From: Escherichia phage vB_EcoM-RPN242
Length of the DNA stretch: 64,000 nt
Sequence record: OL656110.1
Direction: 5' to 3' (one strand)
The position numbers and the translations under genes are program-made. Position 1 is the stretch's first letter. Each line of letters starts with the position of its first letter. This document shows positions 62,876 to 64,000 of this stretch, in pieces. The notes under the pieces are model-generated. The model was not told where the DNA came from, made no database searches, and worked only from the letters and a program-made list of their open reading frames with translations.

Positions 62876-63196
62876 TCACAGCGCCCCAAGATTGCCGATT
62901 ACGTACAGGGAGCACAGAGGAGTACCTGACGAACGAGGTTCGATCGTCATCCCGCTCAGGCGGATCAGTTCCAGTAAGCCGTCAGTGGTCTGATACGCGC
63001 GTGTCGAACCGTTCGGTCGATATAGCTCCAGCTCAGTTCGCCCTTCCTTTATTGCATTTCGAATGCGAGTGAACACACTGTGGTCGCCGAACTTCTGTTT
63101 CAGAAGATCCAGCTTGGTGGTCAGGCGGCGACGTGGTTTGCGCGCACGAGGGTTCTCTTTTACGACCGCTTCTAAAATCGGGATGCTGTTAGCCAT
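62876..63196 (-). CDS. hypothetical protein (106 aa)
   Basis: Complete ORF with ATG start and AGAGGA RBS. Confidence 0.5.
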   Translation of the reverse strand: MANSIPILEAVVKENPRARKPRRRLTTKLDLLKQKFGDHSVFTRIRNAIKEGRTELELYRPNGSTRAYQTTDGLLELIRLSGMTIEPRSSGTPLCSLYVIGNLGAL

Positions 63197-63398
63197 GATA
63201 AAGTCCTCTATTTGTAGGGGATAGGGTATGCGGTTAACATACCCTGTTCAAAGGTTTAGAACAAATTGCTGCAATGTTACTTTGTAACGAGAGTGGTGAT
63301 AGTTCCTTCATTTCAGAGTCAGTGTTGTGCTGCTTATGGAATGAAGTATACGGGGTTTATTGAAGAATTAAACCCCGTATATTGAATAAATTTAAAAT
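63197..63398 (-). promoter_or_regulatory. intergenic cassette B: TTTAAT-N16-TATACT promoter + conserved leader
   Basis: Minus-strand -10 TATACT (63345..63350) and -35 TTTAAT (63367..63372); 20-nt block 63331..63350 identical to 29286..29305; leader contains ATGAAGGAACTATCACC and a hairpin before the 63196 start. Confidence 0.45.
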
Positions 63399-63635
63399 TT
63401 ATTTGAAGCGATCAGGAAGGGTGTCGTGAACCTCGGCGCTCAGCACCAGAAACTTACCATCCGTCGTTGGGAAGCAATAGTCTTTCTTGATGTGACGCAA
63501 GTGTTCAGCTACAGCTGCTACGCAGTCATCTGTCACGTCGGTCTTCTCACCAACCCACATGCTGGTTTTGGTGTTCAACCTGCCCTGGAATATAGTACCA
63601 GTGAGAGGACTTGCGCCGATCTTTTTGATAATCAT
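63399..63635 (-). CDS. hypothetical protein (78 aa)
   Basis: Complete ORF with ATG start. Confidence 0.45.
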   Translation of the reverse strand: MIIKKIGASPLTGTIFQGRLNTKTSMWVGEKTDVTDDCVAAVAEHLRHIKKDYCFPTTDGKFLVLSAEVHDTLPDRFK

Positions 63636-63643
63636 GTTTAACC

Positions 63644-64000
63644 TCAGTTGTTAACGCGGAATGCCGCCGGATACCCACCTGGATGCCCTTCTCCGGTCAC
63701 GAAGACCTCGTACCGGGCACCTTTAACCAAACCAGGCAAATTGCCTGAGTCAAGCAGATAGCGGATTTTATCCATAGTCTCCATCCAGGACTTAGCAGGT
63801 TCGGCCTCGGCCTCCCCACGGTTGATTTTGATCACACCCTCTGAATAATACTTCCCATTGTCCTTCATGTAGTACAGCTTGACATCGATAAACTGTGGGG
63901 ATGGAACTTCTGTCCAACCCTCATCGTTCAAATCCTGGCGATCATTGTCGAAACTCTGAAAATCAACATCACCGCATGCCAGGCGATAATCTTTGAATTT
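63644..64000 (-). CDS. hypothetical protein (partial; N-terminus beyond window end)
   Basis: In-frame reading continues without a stop from 63931 to 64000 (track start is TTG). Confidence 0.45.
   Translation of the reverse strand, partial: KFKDYRLACGDVDFQSFDNDRQDLNDEGWTEVPSPQFIDVKLYYMKDNGKYYSEGVIKINRGEAEAEPAKSWMETMDKIRYLLDSGNLPGLVKGARYEVFVTGEGHPGGYPAAFRVNN

Overview
This 64-kb window reads as part of a large virulent T4-superfamily myovirus-type phage genome. Genes are tightly packed and almost all on the minus strand, with ATGA/TAATG start-stop overlaps, hairpin terminators and three exact TATAAATA late-promoter boxes alongside a gp55-type late sigma factor. Recognisable modules are: recombination and replication (UvsX partial at the window start, gp32 SSB, gp61 primase, gp46/gp47 SbcCD-like nuclease, gp45 clamp, gp44/gp62 clamp loader, RegA, UvsW, UvsY, RNase HI, a DinG/XPD-like helicase, a RuvC-like resolvase, an HU-like protein); nucleotide metabolism (NrdA, NrdB, NrdH-like redoxin, a ThyA-fold enzyme with a C-terminal extension, two P-loop kinases, an NTP pyrophosphatase candidate, PhoH); lysis and periplasm (endolysin, a secreted SLT-domain protein, lipoprotein and signal-peptide proteins); and plus-strand late structural islands (gp5-like spike with CHAP domain, gp25-like, a gp19/gp54-fold protein). 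A free-standing HNH homing endonuclease is present. No rRNA, tRNA or CRISPR array was seen by eye, and no family-B DNA polymerase lies at the T4-syntenic position after regA. The most interesting signals are a candidate thymidine-modification gene cluster, a recurring terminator-promoter-leader cassette in at least four intergenic regions, tandem palindromic iterons upstream of gene 45, and an ACP-fold protein lacking the carrier serine next to a large vWA protein. All assignments come from reading the six-frame translations and the DNA by eye; no database search was run, and phage family placement (possibly Ackermannviridae-like) is unverified.
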